In this document: piece by piece, positions 20,909-23,147 of the stretch
Layout of the letters: every line of letters begins with the position of its first letter
Position numbering within the stretch: position 1 is the stretch's first letter
From: Octopus sinensis
Lineage: Eukaryota
Direction: 5' to 3'
Assembly (NCBI RefSeq): GCF_006345805.1
Contig: NW_021836693.1
Coordinates: 1-23,147 of the forward strand
Length of the DNA: 23,147 nucleotides
Notes under the pieces: generated by a model
What the model was told of the DNA's origin: nothing
Database searches by the model: none
The model's input: only the letters and a program-made list of their open reading frames with translations
Translations under genes and position numbers: made by a program

Positions 20909-21289
20909 GGAGGAAACACGTGAAGTGTGACATGACTCAGCTGGGAATCGAACCAGCATCACAAAGAGTTGACCTTTTTGCCGGAAGCTGAGCAAAACCC
21001 TAATGACGCTCATATAGGAAATTTCTGGAGCAAACTTTAGGGTAATCTTTTAAAATACTTAACCTCGGCATTTTTATCCTCACCGCAAACATCCAACTAC
21101 TTCCGGTAGATGAATAAAATAATAAAAATAATGAAAAAAAAAGATAGAAAGAAAAAAAGAAGGAAAGAAAAGGAGGAAAAGACAAGAAAGACAAAAACAA
21201 AAAAAAACCTTTGGCAGATGATATTCACATTAATCACACGACAACCAGATGGCAGTCGGCTCAGATAAGAAAACCACGCTGGCGCACAC

Positions 21290-21338
<49 letters not shown>

Positions 21339-21527
21339 CGTTGTACTTATGTATTGCGGTTTCCTTCGCTAAGCTCTTTTTTTGTTTGTTTCAGCCGAAC
21401 GGAAGACGCGGGAGTGGTTCGATTTGACGAACCGTCATCCGACAGCAACGCTATCCACTTCCATAAGTTCCAACTGTGACGTTCTATTAAGAATCTCATT
21501 TCTCTATGTCTGACTATCCACAACGGA

Positions 21528-21559
<32 letters not shown>

Positions 21560-21629
21560 ACAAACATATATAAGAGATTAAAATACAATAGAATAAAATA
21601 AAATAAAGGATGTTTTAACTCTTTGACCT

Positions 21630-21820
21630 TCATATTTGTTATTCATTTATTCTCATTAGTCATTGGATTGTGGCCATGCTGGAACACTGACTTGAAGGAG
21701 GTGGTTTTTTTAGACGATTCTGCTATATATTTTCATGAGGTTCTTTCGTTATCAAACTCCATTTGTCGTACCGCTAGCTTTATGGGATGTGAAGGGGCAA
21801 AACAAATAGCACTGGTTTTT
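21630..21820 (-). mobile_element. Old SINE A 3' relic
   Basis: AGTCATTGGATTGTGGCCATGCTGGAACAC...TTGAAGG and ACCGCTAG..TATGGGATGTGAA. Confidence 0.55.
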
Positions 21821-22207
21821 AAACTGATGAAAACATAAATCTCTCTCTCTCTCTCTCTATCTCTCTTCTATCTATATATATATATATATATTAATATATA
21901 TTAAATAATATATATGTATATATTTAAAGGGCTAAAAAACCACTATGTGGTCCACCATATGCTCGAAGTAGATCACCTGCGATCAAACTACAAAGAAAAG
22001 GGGTGCCTCTAGAAAAATAAGTTGACAAAAGCACAGACATGATCGTGACCAATGTCCTCCTAAAATTGGAGCGACATGCGTGCTAATTTGTGGACGTGCA
22101 TAAAGTACATTCACGTACACACACACACATCCTGTCTTTTATGGATATAGATAAACACACACGCATATTTATGCATATATACATATAAACATATACATAC
22201 ATATATG

Positions 22208-22248
<41 letters not shown>

Positions 22249-22302
22249 TCTATCTTATCTATCTATCTATATATCTATCTATCTATCTATTATCTATCTA
22301 TC

Positions 22303-22345
<43 letters not shown>

Positions 22346-22398
22346 AATCTATCTATACACACACACACACGCACAAACATATATATATATATAATTGG

Positions 22399-22738
22399 CT
22401 CTTGTTTCCTGTCCCACAGAACAATATCAGGTCTGTTGTATTTGAACTGAATTGGTGTTTTCATTGGAGTGCTTCACTAGTATTCCTTGTTTTTAAAGAT
22501 GTGAATACATGCAGATTCTGAAATGCCTTTGATGTAAGCGTCAGGTCAGCCCTTCCTGCAGATAGCGTCTTAAACAGTCTTTGCAAACTCTATCATGCCT
22601 GAGGGGCAGATGATATCTCGTAGATACATTTTGAGGCAGCTGCTATTGATGTGGGTAATATCATCTTCCACACTTGTATAGCGGGGCCGACATTTTCTAT
22701 AACGACGTGGAAGTTGGTTGGTATCTTTGTCTCTCTCT
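22399..22738 (-). mobile_element. Decayed RLE-type (R4/Dong-like) non-LTR retrotransposon fragment: CCHC knuckle + restriction-like endonuclease start
   Basis: Minus strand translates with frameshifts to RKCRPRYTSVEDDITHINSSCLKM / YHLPLRHDRV / KTPIQFKYNRPDIVLWDRKQE. These match the CxxC..E..H...C, RHD/RHN and RPD motifs. Confidence 0.8.
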
Positions 22739-22794
22739 CGTTTATCAAGTATTTAGTAGATATCTCCTGTTAGTAGCGATATATCCTCCTAGGT

Positions 22795-23050
22795 GTGGAG
22801 GCGTTTGGCTTAGTAGTTTGAGCATTAGACTCATGTTCGTAAGATTCTGGTTTCGATTCCTGGACTGGGCGACGCGTAATGTTCTTGAGCAAAACACTTC
22901 ATTTCTCGTTGCTCCTGTCCACTCCGCTGGCAAAAATGAGTAATCCTGCGACAAACCGGTGTCCCGTCCAGGTGGGGAACTTATATGTAATGAAACAGGG
23001 AAACCGGCCCTTATGGGTCTATATGACTCGAGAAGGTAAATTTACCTTAT
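22795..23050 (+). mobile_element. tRNA-derived SINE family D with CORE-like domain
   Basis: A box TGGCTTAGTAG, B box GGTTTCGATTCC, CORE-like TGTTCTTGAGCAAAACACTTCATTTC..GCTCCTGTCCACTC..AAATGAGTA, tail CCTGCGAC..GTCCCGTCCAGG..GAAACAGGGAAACCGG. Confidence 0.85.
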
Positions 23051-23063
23051 CCTTCTGGGTGGG

Positions 23064-23100
<37 letters not shown>

Positions 23101-23147
23101 AGCATACATGCACACACACACATAAGCATACATGCACACACACACAG

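Overview
Eukaryotic, AT-rich, repeat-saturated non-coding DNA (intron or intergenic). The SINE and microsatellite repertoire resembles what I recall from octopus genomes; this is an inference. I see no host gene. The only substantial real ORF is a pogo-superfamily (POGK/Passer-like, D35D spacing) transposase at 3398-4657 (-). It sits in a complete ~2.14-kb element with TIRs inside a (TA)n tract, and appears to have lost its first catalytic Asp through an in-frame deletion. Decayed elements include a Tigger transposase split by a microsatellite and a SINE, a mariner 3' end, a Tx1/L1-type LINE 3' end inside (TCTA)n, an R4/Dong-type RLE retrotransposon fragment, one hAT end and two fold-back elements. 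About 20 tRNA-derived SINE copies or fragments fall into four families (my labels A-D). The most interesting signal is SINE modularity. Family B forms head+[~184-bp unit]n multimers with the same junction at four loci, its unit ends in a tail shared with the Tx1-like LINE in this window, and it also occurs with a second, unrelated tail. Families C and D swap heads and tails. Nearly all other ORFs in the track are microsatellite or SINE artefacts.
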